DNA from: the human T2T-CHM13v2.0 reference genome, Homo sapiens
Strand: one strand, 5' to 3'
DNA length: 64,000 nucleotides
Assembly (NCBI RefSeq): GCF_009914755.1
Contig: NC_060933.1
The translations under genes and the position numbers were made by a program. The notes beneath the pieces are model-generated. The model was given only the letters and a program-made list of their open reading frames with translations, was not told the DNA's origin and did not search any database. Shown in pieces: positions 31,929-45,200 of the stretch. Position 1 is the stretch's first letter. Each line of letters begins with the position of its first letter.

Positions 31929-32935
31929 CTCCCTCCTCCTGGAAGCCAAGGGCCCACGTCCTCACCACAAAGGGACTCCTGTGAAACTGCTGCCAAAAAG
32001 ATACCAATAACACTAACAATACCGATCTTGAAAAATCATCAGCAGTGCGGATTCTGACATCGAGGGATGGCATTACCTCCGTGTTTCTCCCTTTCGAGCC
32101 GGCGGGCCACAGACGTCGGAAGAAACTCCCGTATTTGCAGCTGGAACTGCAGCCCACGGCGCCCCGGTTTTCCTCCCCGCCCTGTCCCTCTCTGGTCAAA
32201 CAACATACTAAAGAGGCGAGGCAATGACTGTTGGCCAGTTCTCACCGGGGAAAAACCCACTGTTAGGATGGCATGAACATTTCCTTAGATCGTGGTCAGC
32301 TCCGAGGAATGTGGCGTCCAGGCTCTTTGAGAGCCATGGGCTGCACCCGGCCGTAGGCTAGTGTAACTCGCATCCCATTGCAGTGCCGTTTCTTGACTGT
32401 GTTGCTGTCTCTTAGATTAACCGTGCTGAGGCTCCACATAGCTCCTGGACCTGTGTCTAGTACATACTGAAGCGATGGTCAGAGTGTGTAGAGTGAAGTT
32501 GCTGTGCCCACATTGTTTGAACTCGCGTACCCCGTAGATACATTGTGCAACGTTCTTCTGTTATTCCCTTGAGGTGGTAACTTCGTATGTTCAGTTTATG
32601 CGATGATTGTTGTAAATGCAATGCCGTAGTTTGGATTAATAAGTGGATGGTTTTTGTTTCTAAAAAGAAAAAAAAAATCAGTGTTCACCCTTATAGAGAC
32701 ATAGTCAAGTTCATGTTGATAATAATCAAAGGAATTACTCTCTTCTTGTTAAATTAGCTAAATCATGTAACCGCAGATAGGAAGGGCTCACCTGGGGAAA
32801 CTCTGGTTTCCGATGGGACAGGAAAGTCATACGGGCAACAGTATGCGGAAAGTACGTTTTTTAAGTAAAAAACAAAGGCAAACTTTGTACTATCCAGTTA
32901 TCTAAGGAACAATAAAAACATTAGGAGATCTTTTT
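31929..32935 (+). other. OLFM1: 3' UTR of long (Z) isoforms, about 1 kb (end approximate)
   Basis: Follows the stop codon; ends shortly after AATAAA 32911-32916. Confidence 0.85.
32911..32916 (+). terminator. Poly(A) signal AATAAA of OLFM1 Z isoforms
   Basis: Canonical hexamer, TGTA at 32886-32889 upstream, T-rich element (tttttgcttcacttgtcatttct) downstream. Confidence 0.85.
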
Positions 32936-35926
32936 GCTTCACTTGTCATTTCTGAGAGTTTTAAAAATGACCGAGACTTCCAGGTCCTTGCAGACGGATT
33001 CCTGGGTTTGAGTGGCCCTTTGAGAAAGGGAAATAAATCCTTTCTTTCGGAAGAGGGCAAGGACAGGTCCCTGTTGGATCTCCAACCTCCCATCCCCCCA
33101 ACCTGGAGAAGCAGCTTAGAATCTACCCGCCACCTCTTAGGTGACTCTGGGGCGCTACTCCAACTTGGGGCTGTGCACCAGGGACTCCACCCACACCCCA
33201 TCTCCACCCTGCTGTCCCTCCATAGACACCACTGGAGGGGGCCTGGGGCGGCACCCACTTTAGTCAGCACTGGCATGGTGGGCAGAGACCCTGCTGAGGA
33301 AAAGTTCACTCATCTAGGGCTGCAGCAGGCACTGGAGATAAGTGACAGCCCTCTCTGGGACCCGTATCTCCCCAGGCCTTGGAAACTATGGCCGGGTGTG
33401 TGCAGCCCTTGGCAACCCTGAGGGGCCCAGGGCATCACATGGGCTAGATCCTGGGAGCTTCGTGAGGCCCCTGCCACTCAGCAGGCCCTGAGGTCTCTGC
33501 AGGACAGGCCACAACTCCATGTTTGGAGTCTTTCTGGAATATACTGGCACTTCCTGTCAGCCAGAGAAGGAAGAATGTCAGAGTAACTCCCTCACAACGT
33601 TCCTGGCACCAAGTTGGCAGAAGAGGGCTGCTCGTCTGGGTCCCCAGGTATAGTGTGAGGTTGGGAGACACCCTGCTCTCACCTGCCCTCTGCTTGGGGG
33701 CAGCTGGCACCCCCAGCAACGTGGGTGGCAGGGCAGTGATGTGGGTCATTGGGGAAAGCCAGGCAACCCTGTGAGCCTGGCCCAGTGGCACCTGCTCAAA
33801 CCAGTGAGTGGATGAGCTTCCAGCATTTCCGTCATTTGTCCTGGAAAGACAGCCAGCCGGGCGGTACCCAGGTGGAATCGTGGATGGCGCAGTCAGACAA
33901 AGCTGACGTCTGTAGTAGCCGGTGGAACCGAGTCCAAGAATGTCTGAGAAGGTGCGACACCAGCTCCTGAAACCACACAGAAGTTGGGGCTGCTGCAAGA
34001 GTGAACCGGTCAGGGAAGGTGGCAGCTGGGGACATTTGGGGACCTTGTCTAGCTCCCTTGTTACCTGGCCCTGGACAACAGTTAGGAAAATACGGGATGA
34101 CAAATAGGGCACAGGTGAGCCCTAACCCACTGGGTGGGAAGGGAAGGAGAAGCCAGCATCTGCGGAGAGGTGCAGAGCCCAGCTCCCAGTCGCCATGGCC
34201 ATCAGCCGCTCGTGGAGTCGAAGTCTGCCCCAGGTCCCTTCCTCCTGGCCGCTAGGGCCATGTTTCTACAGTGGGTTGGGTGGGCCAGTGATGCCCCAGT
34301 CCCAAGCTGCCTAGAACCCCATGGCAGGGGCTCAGTGCCTGTCTGTGCCCTGCACACGCCTCTCCCAGTCAGGGTGGCCACTTCCCATCTGCTCTCCTAG
34401 GCCCCACCCGCCCCAAGCCTCTCGCCTGCCCTGCCTGCCCTGTGTGCCCTTCTGTCCCCGCTCTCTGCCTCCCCCAGGGGCCAGTTCAGGGGCCATCATT
34501 TTGGGAACGACTCCTTCTCACCTCCAGGGAGCATTCCTCCTTGGCCTGCGTTCCTCCAGGCCTCCGTTCTCCCGTTCCCTGGCTCTCACCAGCCCCTGCA
34601 TCCAGCATCTATGAGTCTCTTGCACCTGACATGACATGTTCTTTGGGATTTGAGGGGGATTTGGGGGTATCCAAAATAGGTGAATTTCCAAACCCAAGAC
34701 AAAAAAGCCCGATATTTGGGAGGGAGTGGGGGCAGAAATGCCTAATCCATAACTACAGCCTCACTGGCAGGAAAGCAGCGCTCACACGCCACTGCGGAGT
34801 GCACTTTCAGTGAGGACTTTCAGGGCTGGAGGCACGTTTATACTTTTCTGTTTACAAATTGTCTCAGAGCGCGGTGGCACACAAAATGCCCCCTGCAAGA
34901 CACAGGAGTGGATATTCAGAGAAAAGCCCTGAGTTTCCATCAAGCCATAACTCAGTCTAGCAGGCCAATGACTTTACCCCGACGAGACAGAAACCTGTCC
35001 AAGCACAATCAGGTGGGAACTATTCTATAATTACAGGCTGTGATTACGGGCTGATTTCCTTGTAATCTCCCCTTAGTGACATAGTAAAAAACAAGCATTC
35101 AAATATCTGTTCTGAGTCACCAGAAGACAAAATAATGACCTGACAGGTCCAGAATGGATTTGCTGTCTCAGGCTGAGTATTTGCTAGGGAAAATATTCCT
35201 CCAGGATATTACATACGCAAGAAAAATGGTTCTACCCAGAGAGCAAATAAAATAACCAGGCTGCCATTAAATCTCCCAGATTCCAATAACCGAGTATATT
35301 GGCTGATGGTGGAACGTCTGTGGATGAATTTTCTTTATTAAAAGTTTGGCCCAGAGTCCAAATCTGGCAGTTATTCGCAATACTCAGAGGCCAGAGCAAG
35401 AGACAGTTCTGTTTGCAGCTGGGTCCGAAATTCTCCTAATTTCCAGAGGGAAGCCTGTGACTGTTGGTCCCACAGCTCCCCATCGAATCCTCCCCTGGCC
35501 CTGTCAGAGCTGCAGGTGCTCAGGTAGCACTTGGTGGGGGAAACAGAAGATGTGGGCGGCTCTGCTCTCTGAACCAGTGAGCAGGAGGGGTTGGCTCTGG
35601 GTAGGCGGCTCTGGGTGGGGTGCTCTGTCTCAACAATCCTTGGGAAGTGCTGGGTGGACAGCCAGTGCCCAGCTCTGTTCTTGGAAGGGATCCAGAAATG
35701 AAAGGCACTGTTATTTCCATAGCTGAACACTCTGGAACAGCCAACAGTCAGCAAGCCAGGCGACGTCGGGGCAGGTACTGAGCACAAACGGGCCCATTGT
35801 CTCAGCCCGAGGGACTCTTCAACCCAGAAACCCTTAGGTCATCTAGTCGTAGTCCATAAAGCTGTGGAGTGTGAAAATGTTTTTTATTGGAACATTTCAC
35901 CTAATTCCCTTTGAAAGCAGCAAGTG

Positions 35927-36550
<624 letters not shown>

Positions 36551-36909
36551 TCACCGCCCCGTTGAAGAGGCGTCAGGCCCCATGCTAGATGGAAAAAAGT
36601 CAGGCTCTGAGACACCAGCAATTTCCCCGGGCCACTGGGCTTCCAACCCAGAGTCTACAAGATGAGCACAGCCCAACATGGAGAAGGGTCTAGGACAGCA
36701 GTTGAAGCTTGGAGATCAGCTGAGCCTGCGATTTGGGACAGCAGACAGTTCCTAGTGCTCAAGGGGGACCGGGAGGCAGAGGAATTGGGTCAGCTCCTGG
36801 TCCAGCCTCCTATAAGGCCTGGCCAGTGAGTAATTTTGCCTCTGTTTCCATCCTCAGGGGGGTGAGGTGGAAGGGAGCCATCATTCAGGGCAGCGGGGAG
36901 GACTGACTC

Positions 36910-37330
36910 TGTTTTCTGTGAACTTTCAGTTCCTATCTTCTGCCTATTGTTTTCTATTCAGTTGTTGGTCTTTACTTTCTCAAATTTTGGGAGTTCTTTC
37001 TATGTGTGGAAAGTCAGCCTTTGTGATTCTGTGGTCTGAGGTGCACATATTGTCTAGTCTGTCATTTGTCTCCTGATGTTGGTTATGTGTTGTGTGTGTG
37101 TCTGTGTGTGTGTTTGAGTGTAGTCAGGGTTATCTATCATCCTTGTGATGCTTGTGGCTTCGGGGTTGGAGTTAGGGCCGCCTTCCCCAACGTGATCCCT
37201 GCTTCTCTTGGTTCTTGCAAAGTCTGTCTGTTTACCCTGGGGCTGTCCATGCCCTGGCTTTGATAGTGTGAAGTGTGGAACCAGTTTCATCTTCTTCCAA
37301 AGGCTGCTCCTTGGCCCCAATGCTATCTGT
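36910..37330 (-). mobile_element. Old LINE-1 (L1M-type) fragment
   Basis: T-rich sequence (tatcttctgcctattgttttctattcagttgttggtcttt...gagttctttctatg) resembles antisense L1 ORF2 3' region. Confidence 0.45.
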
Positions 37331-37541
37331 TAAATGGCCCAACTTGCTCCCCTGGACCCTTTGTCCTGGGGTCCATCCCTGGGCCCTCCTCTCCCTGGGT
37401 ATGTGCTGGCCTCTGTGTCCAGAAGGCAAAAGGACCCATGGACTCACCTGAGCAGGGGATTTTTCACAGGCAACCACCTTGCACACTTCCTATATGGTTT
37501 TTTAATTCTTAATTTTTTAAATTATTTTTATTTTTATTATT

Positions 37542-37707
37542 ATTTTTTTTTGAGACAGGCTCTTGCTCTGTCGCCCAGACTGGAGTGCAGTCGTGCAATC
37601 CCGGCTCACTGCAACCTCCACCTCTTGGGTTCAAGCAATTCTGCCTCAGCCTCCTGAGTAGCTAGGATTACAGGCAAGCACCACCATGCCTGGCTAATTT
37701 TGTGTGT

Positions 37708-37740
<33 letters not shown>

Positions 37741-37876
37741 TTGTTTTGTTTTTTTCTAGTTGAGACAGGGTTTCACCATGCTGGCCAGAATGATCTTGAA
37801 CTCCTGACCTCAAGTGATCCATCTGCCTCGGGCTCCCAAAGTGCTGGTATTACAGGTGTGAGCCACTGCACCTGGT
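37542..37876 (-). mobile_element. Alu with (TG)n/(TTTTG)n expansion in the middle linker
   Basis: gagacaggctcttgctctgtcgcccagactgg...gagccactgcacctggtc. Confidence 0.95.
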
Positions 37877-40865
37877 CCCTGGATTGTTTTATAAAGTGAT
37901 CTCTGAGTAGCTTATAAACCATGATGCCTAACCCCTGTGATTGTCAGGCCCTACTCCAGGAAGCATCTGGAAACCTGAGCACCATCTTTTGCCTTCACCA
38001 GTGTTGTTGGGTCAGTAAAGACCACGGTGACTCCAGGGTGCTGTGTCTCTCGGACACAGTTCTTGATTGTTCTAAACCAAGTGCCTAACTCCAGAGACGC
38101 TGCCAGGATTCTAAGGCAAGGTGAGGTCTTGTCTTCGGAAGGATCTTTCAGGGAAACCCGCACCCCACAGGGTGCTGTGTGACCTCCGTCTTACAGAAAT
38201 AGACACGGGGAGATTACGCAGCAGCCCAGACCCACTGATGAGCCGCAGCTCTGGGTGCAAACCTGGGACTGCCGAGCCTGGGCGCTGCTCTTTCCTGCCT
38301 TCAACCGGCCTGCTGGCACCCACGGTGCGTCCTCCAGTTGGTGAGTCACCGGCCATTTATTCATCACGCAGCAGGCAGTGGAAGGTGCCAGAATGGCGTG
38401 CCCTACGAAGCTCTGTGCTGGTGAGTCACTGCTGCCAGCATGGAGTAGGGCGGCGGAGGGAGGCGAGGCTCTGGCCAGGGAAGGCCGAGCCAGCAGGCGG
38501 CATCACTTCCGCCTCTGCCCTCTCAGGGGAGGATGGCTGATGTGGAAGCTGAGCCTTTCCTCTGTGCGCTCTCTATCCCTGTGCCCCACCACACACACAC
38601 ATGTGCACACACACACCTGCATGCATACAGCACGCACGCCAGCTAATACCGAGCACCCCACCAGAGGCCGAGCAGCTGCGGGTTAACAAGCGGGCCTGGC
38701 AGACTCGAGTTGCTTCCTCTGGTTTAATCTCCTCCCTGGAAAACGGGAGTGGTAAGCCCGCCCTGCCTGCTTCCCGGCAGACTTCTGCTCCCATGTCCCA
38801 CGGCTCCAGTCCCCCAGCCTGGCAGGAGGAACAAAGCTCGGGCATGAAGTCACCCAGACCTGGGCTCGAACCCTGCCTCCACCACGCACAGCCTACTCTG
38901 GGCCGCAGTTTCCCCACCCGACACCCGAGGATACCAACGCTGGTGTCACAGTGAGGGGGCTCTGCTGGGGAAGCATGGGTCCAGTGCCAGCAGACGCCGC
39001 TCCCGCTCCCCATTCATGGAAGTGGCAGTCACGGCTCTTGCGACGGCTCCCCCAGGCTGGCGGGGGCACTGGGCATCACATCAGATGACTTCAGGGGTCT
39101 CTTTGCTCCCTTTACCTGGAAAAGGCCTCAAAGTAGGACTCTTCCTGGCCTCGAGGCAAAGCACCCTCTGGCCGGGCGCAAATCTCCCTCTCCTGTGCTC
39201 ATGCAGTCCCTCCCTCCAGGGGCTCCCACAGCCCTTTGCTCTGCCTCTGAGGCATTGTCATCCCCACTCAGCAAGTAGAGACATCCCGGCCCGGAGAGAC
39301 TAGTTAACACCTGCCCAAGTTAGCACGGTAAGGGAGAGATGGGCCTGAGACGGAACCCAAGTCCCCTGACACCCAACCTCAGGCTTTTTCCAAGAGCCAT
39401 GTTTGGAGAAATTGGCGTGATATCGAGCAACTGCCTTCGAATGGGCCAAAGTTTTCAGAATTGCTGGGGGACCGGAGCCCACTCCAGAGGCCGCTTTCTT
39501 CCTTCCCGAGTCAGACTCAGGAGGCTGGGCTGTAGCAACACTGGAGGTTCCAGCAGCTGACTCTGTGAAAAGAAACAGCAATTTCCTTATTGATCTTCTC
39601 CTTCCCGCTACAGGCTGGAAAATAAGGTCGCCAAGAATGATGTTGTTGCTGCGTGTCTCTCGTTGTTTCAGTTTCGCTTATTGAATTGTTATCCCTGGAG
39701 GACCCCCAGCCTCACGGCCACTACTTCACCCCCAAACAGCTTCCTGTTTCAAGGACATCAGTGGCTCATCCAGATTCCACGAAAAGTGCCTTCTCTGGCT
39801 AGTGCCTCCAGCACTGACCCCTCCGCTGTCCCCAGCGCAGCACAGCCTGAAAGGTGGCCAGCTGTCCATCCACCAGCATCGCGATTCCCCAGCTTCCAGC
39901 CTCCTCACTTCTGTAATTAGCAGGACGGGCCCTCCTATCAGCCCCCAGGCTGTTTGTCTCGCTCAGGCTGGCTCCTGTTGTCCCTGTTAAATTGGCTGTG
40001 GCAGGCCATAATAAAGAAGAAAAACTGGCTGCATCAGGTCATTCCAAGAAGCTGACATTAGCTCCAGAAGGGCTGGGAAAGGAGAGATTCAATTAAACTT
40101 TTACTGCGGCCCATCGGCTCCTGGCCTGGCCTGTGAATTCTGGAGCTGGGCTGAGGTTTGGAGAAGACTCACAGCCAGAGGAGCTTCCCCGGGGTCCCTT
40201 CTACCAGGAGACTGTCAGTCTGCACTAGTCCCAGGCAGGCGGGGGGAGCGTGGCCCTGTGGGGTTACCCTGCAGCCCAACTCTGCAGAAGGTTAATGATC
40301 GCACAGCTCCATGCCAAAGGCTCAAACCAGACACCCCAGCCTCAAGGGGCTCTGAGCCTACTGCAGAAGACAGAGACAGGGACAGACAATTCCAGAAGAT
40401 GTTCCTGAGTCTCCAGTTCTTGGATATGAAACCAGCAGCTAATTTAGCCCACTCAAGTGCAATAAAATCACAGACAAATGCGGCAGCCTCTTCAGGCCCT
40501 TACCGATTCTTTATATACAGGCTGAGACTAATCTAAAAGGTGATTTTCTGGATAAAACCATGCGATTCTTAGACCCCTTCACCTTCTCTTGCTCCCCTCA
40601 CTAGCACAGGCTTTTGGGGGAGCCATTTTCCTCAAAGGAAGCAAAAAGAAACACACGAGTTTAACGCCAAGAGAGTTTCTGTGGACACTGAGGTGGGGTG
40701 AGGGCTGGGGATACTGGGGATCCCATCAGAGTGCTCCAGCACTGGCTGCTGTGTGTCCCTTAATGGGCCTTAGGTTTCAAATCTGTAAAACGGGATTCAC
40801 ATAGGACCCACCCCTGGGGACCTTTGAGAGCAGGCCCTGAGCCAACCCTGAAAAAGCAAAACGGC

Positions 40866-41185
40866 CGGGGGTGACACAGGGTCCCAGGGCTGGGGCAGTG
40901 AGGTGGGGACAATAGGGTGCCAGGGCTGGGGAAGTGGGGTGGGGATGGCAGGGGGTAACACAGGGTCCCTGGGCTGGGACAGTGGGGTGGGGATGGCAGG
41001 GGGTAACACGGGGTCCCTGGGCTGGGACAGTGGGGCCGGGATGGTGGGAGGTGACATGGGGTGCTTGGGCTGGGGCAGTGGGGTGGGGATGGCAGGGGGT
41101 AACACAGAGTCCCTGGGCTGGGACAATGGGGCCGGGATGGTGGGAAGTGACACGGGGTGCTTGGGCTGGGGCAGTGGGTGGGGAG
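40866..41185 (+). repeat. 48-bp G-rich minisatellite, about 6.5 copies
   Basis: gggggtaacac at 40951 and 40999; 16-aa periodicity in the spurious ORFs. Confidence 0.92.
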
Positions 41186-41671
41186 GACAGGGGTCTTGAC
41201 TGGTGGGCACCAAGCCTCCGTGGGGATGGTGGTGGGAATGCAGGGGCAGTGAGGTGTGGCCCTGGGGGCTGCTGACTTCTCGTGGCTCCTTGTCACCCCC
41301 ATTTGCTGAGCATGGGGTGCTGGGCTGCAGGCTGAGCCCTCGTGTTCATTACCTCCTCTCATCACTACAGCAAGCGCCATTTCTCATATTGGAAAACTAA
41401 GGCTGGGAGTAGTCAGGTGACTGCCACTGGGCCTCAGAGGGCCAGGCAGGCTGTGCCTAACCACCTTGCTGTGCCCCAGTCGGGCTGTGTCCACATCCCA
41501 GCCAGGCAGCTCAGGTGCTGGCTCCATTGTGAGGTCTCAATGGAGACAGCTGCCGCTGTCTGATGGGCTCTGCTTGCCGTCCCTGGGCCAGGCCTGCTCT
41601 GGGACACTGATGGGCTGGCAGCTGCTCCATCTGCAGATGAGCTCAGGTCCCTCCCAAGCACTGTCTACAGG

Positions 41672-42282
41672 TGTTACCTGGGGAGAGTCTTGACTATGAG
41701 TTGTCCAGGTTCTTGGCATTTTGAACCTGGACAAAGAACCTGAACAAAGAACCTGAACAAAGAATTGGACAAAATACACAAACAAAGCAACAAAGAATGA
41801 AGCAGGGAAAGCACAGATGTATTGAAATGAAAGTACCCTCCACAGAGTGGGAGTGGGCTGGAGCAAGTGGCTCAAAGAGGACTGGTTACAGAGTTTTCTG
41901 TGTGTAAATATCATCCAGAGGTTTCCCATTGGTTACTTGTTTACACCCTATGTAAATGAAGTAGTGGTCCGACATTGGTTTGATTGGTCTGATTGTTTAC
42001 AGTCTGATTGGTTACAGGAGGCAACCAATCAGAGGCTGAAAGGAAGTTACCAGGTTACACCCGTATGCAAATGAAGACTTGGCTGGCGGCCAGTCTGATT
42101 AGTTGTGGGAGGGGAACAATCAGAGGTACTTTCCATTTTTCCTCTGCCAGGCAGTGCAAAGTGGGGAGTTGCAAAGGGAGTGGCCTCTGATTGTTTTGTT
42201 ACTTGGGCATGGAGGTGTGGGGTTTTCCTTTTGATTTAGTTCTAGGAAGTCAGCGTGACTCAGCCTTAGGTTCTCTGCCTCA
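41672..42282 (-). mobile_element. ERV1 solo LTR, MER51-like, 4-bp TSD CAGG
   Basis: TG...CA termini; CAGG at 41668-41671 and 42283-42286; minus strand reads ...GAACCTAAGGCTGAGTCACGCTGACTTCCTAGAACTAAATCAAAAGGAAAACCCC as in MER51. Confidence 0.85.
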
Positions 42283-45200
42283 CAGGAGCCGGCTCCTGAG
42301 TGTCTGTTGTGCCCTGCAGAAGACTCCAGGCTAGACGGGAGTCCCTACGGTCCTGCTGGCCTCTGCTCTCCTCTGGGCCCGCCCCATGCCTGCACACGAA
42401 GGTTCTCAGTCTGTGTGTGTTGAATACACGAAGGACGGTGCACACCTCCCACCGTGAAACATTGGGAAAGCACGCAAGGCAGGGATGGGCCTTCAGAAGC
42501 AAACTGAGGTCTGGAGGCAGCCAGTGCCCGGCTTCTGGCACCTTCCAGTCATCGTTCCACTTCAACAACCATTTCCAGAGCTCCTTGGGGGCGCGCAGCC
42601 AGCTGAGCTGGTGGGACTGTGAAGAGGTGGCTCGCCCTCCCTCGAGGCAGGGCCTGGCCTGGTTCTGGCTCTTGTCCTCACCTGGACGCTCTGTTTTTGG
42701 AATGAGGGCCACTCCATGTGCCCTGGACATTCGGCTGCGATCCTCTGAGGCACGGAATGGATTCTCCTTCCTGCTTCCCAGAACTGAGACTTGGGCGATG
42801 ATGTAAAAGGAGGAGAAGCACCCGGGAAGCCCCGAATTCCTGACACAGGAAACCTCTGGGGGACAGGGAGGCCGGCCCTGAAACCCTCTTGTCTTTTGAA
42901 ATCGTCCACAGCCCCTCATCAGGGACAAGGAGGAGGAAGCCAGCACCTCCTTTCTGCTCACCAACCCCCAGCCAGGCCCTGCAGACTCTCCCTCCCATGT
43001 CTAGGCAGTCTGAGAAGAAGCAATTTGGTGCATGTGAATTATTCAGAGCAGTCAAAGTGAGAGGAAGGACTGAGGCAACCCATCTAGAAACAGCCAGAAA
43101 AGAGATCCCAGCTCGAAACCACTCATAAGGTTCATCTTGAAAACAAATTAGCGGTGAGTTAAGGAAAACATTATTTGATTAGATGCAACCGGTTGTTTCA
43201 AGAACAATACTCATCAATTGCTTTTCTCCAGACAGGATTCTGGATAACCCTGTGCTCTTCTGCAGGCTTTTCAATTACTGGCCTGCTGACGTTCACCTCT
43301 GGCAACCCCCCTTCATCACTGACTCCAGAGAGCAAAGGTCCTTTGGACTCGCTCATGGTCCTGTCCCAGCCACACTTCCGGCCAGCTCAGCGCAGGTGCG
43401 CAGTAGCTCCCTGTGGAGGGCAGGAAGTTGTGTCTCTAATGATCTCACAGGAGCACCTCCTATGTGCCTCAACACTGGTCACAGCCTGTGCCCCTGACCC
43501 CAAGCCAGGGGAATGCCCAAGCCAGGGCTCTCCACCACCCTGCTCAGGCCCCATCATGAAGCGCATCGCATGCCTGGTTGGGACTGTGCACATCCCTTTA
43601 TTGTAAAATTATCCCAAATTTGGTGCTGCTGGCTTGGGGCCATCTCCAAAGACACTGCACGTTTAGCCTTAGCTGTGAAGGTTCATGTTCACCCCTAGAC
43701 AGGACACTTCCTGTGGAAAAAGTGGGGGTAGAGCAATTGTGCAGATAATAGGCAAAGCAGGCAAAGACCTCAGGAGTCTAGAATTTTCCCCTGCAGGCAA
43801 GGCGGGGTGTGGGCACGGGGCCTGGGGCCGGGCAGCACCGGACGTCAAGGTATCGCCGAGAACGAGATGCACCATCATGATGGGGAGAATCTTTTCCAGC
43901 TTCTCATCATCACACAAGCGTGAGAGGCGAGAGACGGGACGGCGTGCAGGGAGCTGGAGTGTGGGTCGGGGTCGCCTGCCTGGGACGGGACGGCTGAAGC
44001 CCGTGGCTGTCTCCACATGGCTTCCCCTTCTGAGTAGCTGGGTCACTGTTCAAAGGTCTAGGGCCCTTCCCTTCCGCCACTCTGTGTCCTGTTCATGGGG
44101 CTCCTGCCATGTGGAAGGTCCCAGGTGGGAGCTGTCCGCCCAGCACAGGGAGGAAGGAGCCCCTGCCCTTGTAAACGGCCAGGGGCCCCATGGTTCTGTG
44201 GCTGCCAGGATAGGCTGACGGCTGGTGGATCGGGGCCATAGGTATCCGTTCATCCACTCTTCAGCTCAGTTAACCAAATAACCATGAATCACCATTTGTT
44301 CCTGATGCCATTTTGGGCCTGGGAACACGTTGGTGACCAAGACAGCAAGGCCTGGGCCTCATGTACAGGAGGGGGAGTGGAAAGGGCAGGTCAGCGGATG
44401 ACAATGTCAGGGGTGGTGAGTGACAGGAAAGCAGTGGCAGGGAGAGGTTGACAGTGCCGGAGAGAGGAGGCAGCTGCAGGAGCATCTTCGGGACATCACC
44501 AGGGAGTGAGTCCAGGAAGAGTCGGCCCCCGCAAGACTTCACCCGAGACTAGCAGGACAGAGCAGAGGTGATAATGGGCAGTCAGGGCCTGAGGGGGGTG
44601 CCTTTCCATCTGCTCTGACTTTCACATTGAGGCGTGAGTCGAGGTCAGGGTCAGATGAAGGGGAGGGGCCAGGGCATGTAGGAGGGCTTGCAGGGAGCAG
44701 GTATAAGCCCGTCAGTTTGAAGGGTGGGAAACCGGTTCCCTAGGACTGCGCAGGGTGGGAAGTTCCTGCCAGTCAACAGAGGAAGGGAGCGAGGGGGTCA
44801 GGGAGATGGTGCTGGGCAAGTGGGAGTGAGGGGCACTACCTCAGGGGCCATGGAAATCCAGTGGGGCGAGGCAGAGGTGGGCAAGGACAAGGGGCAGGCA
44901 GGAATTAAGAGTGAGAATGCGGCTGCAGCCAGGAAGTGAGGTCTGCGCGCAGCCAGGGACTGGAGCACTCCATCAGGCGAGCTGGAGAGAAGGGGGCTTG
45001 GAACCAGGATTCGGGAGGAGGAGCTGCTGCCAGGGCTGACAGGGTCAAGGGCATGGCCCACCAGGAGGGTGGCTCGGGTGGGGGACAAGCTGGTAGGCAG
45101 GGCCAAGGAGCTGAGAGGCTACACGGGAGGGAGCTGACCCACAGGACCAGGACAGGGGGCTTGGAGGAGGCGAGCAGAGGAGCTGGGGCTTTGCACAGGG

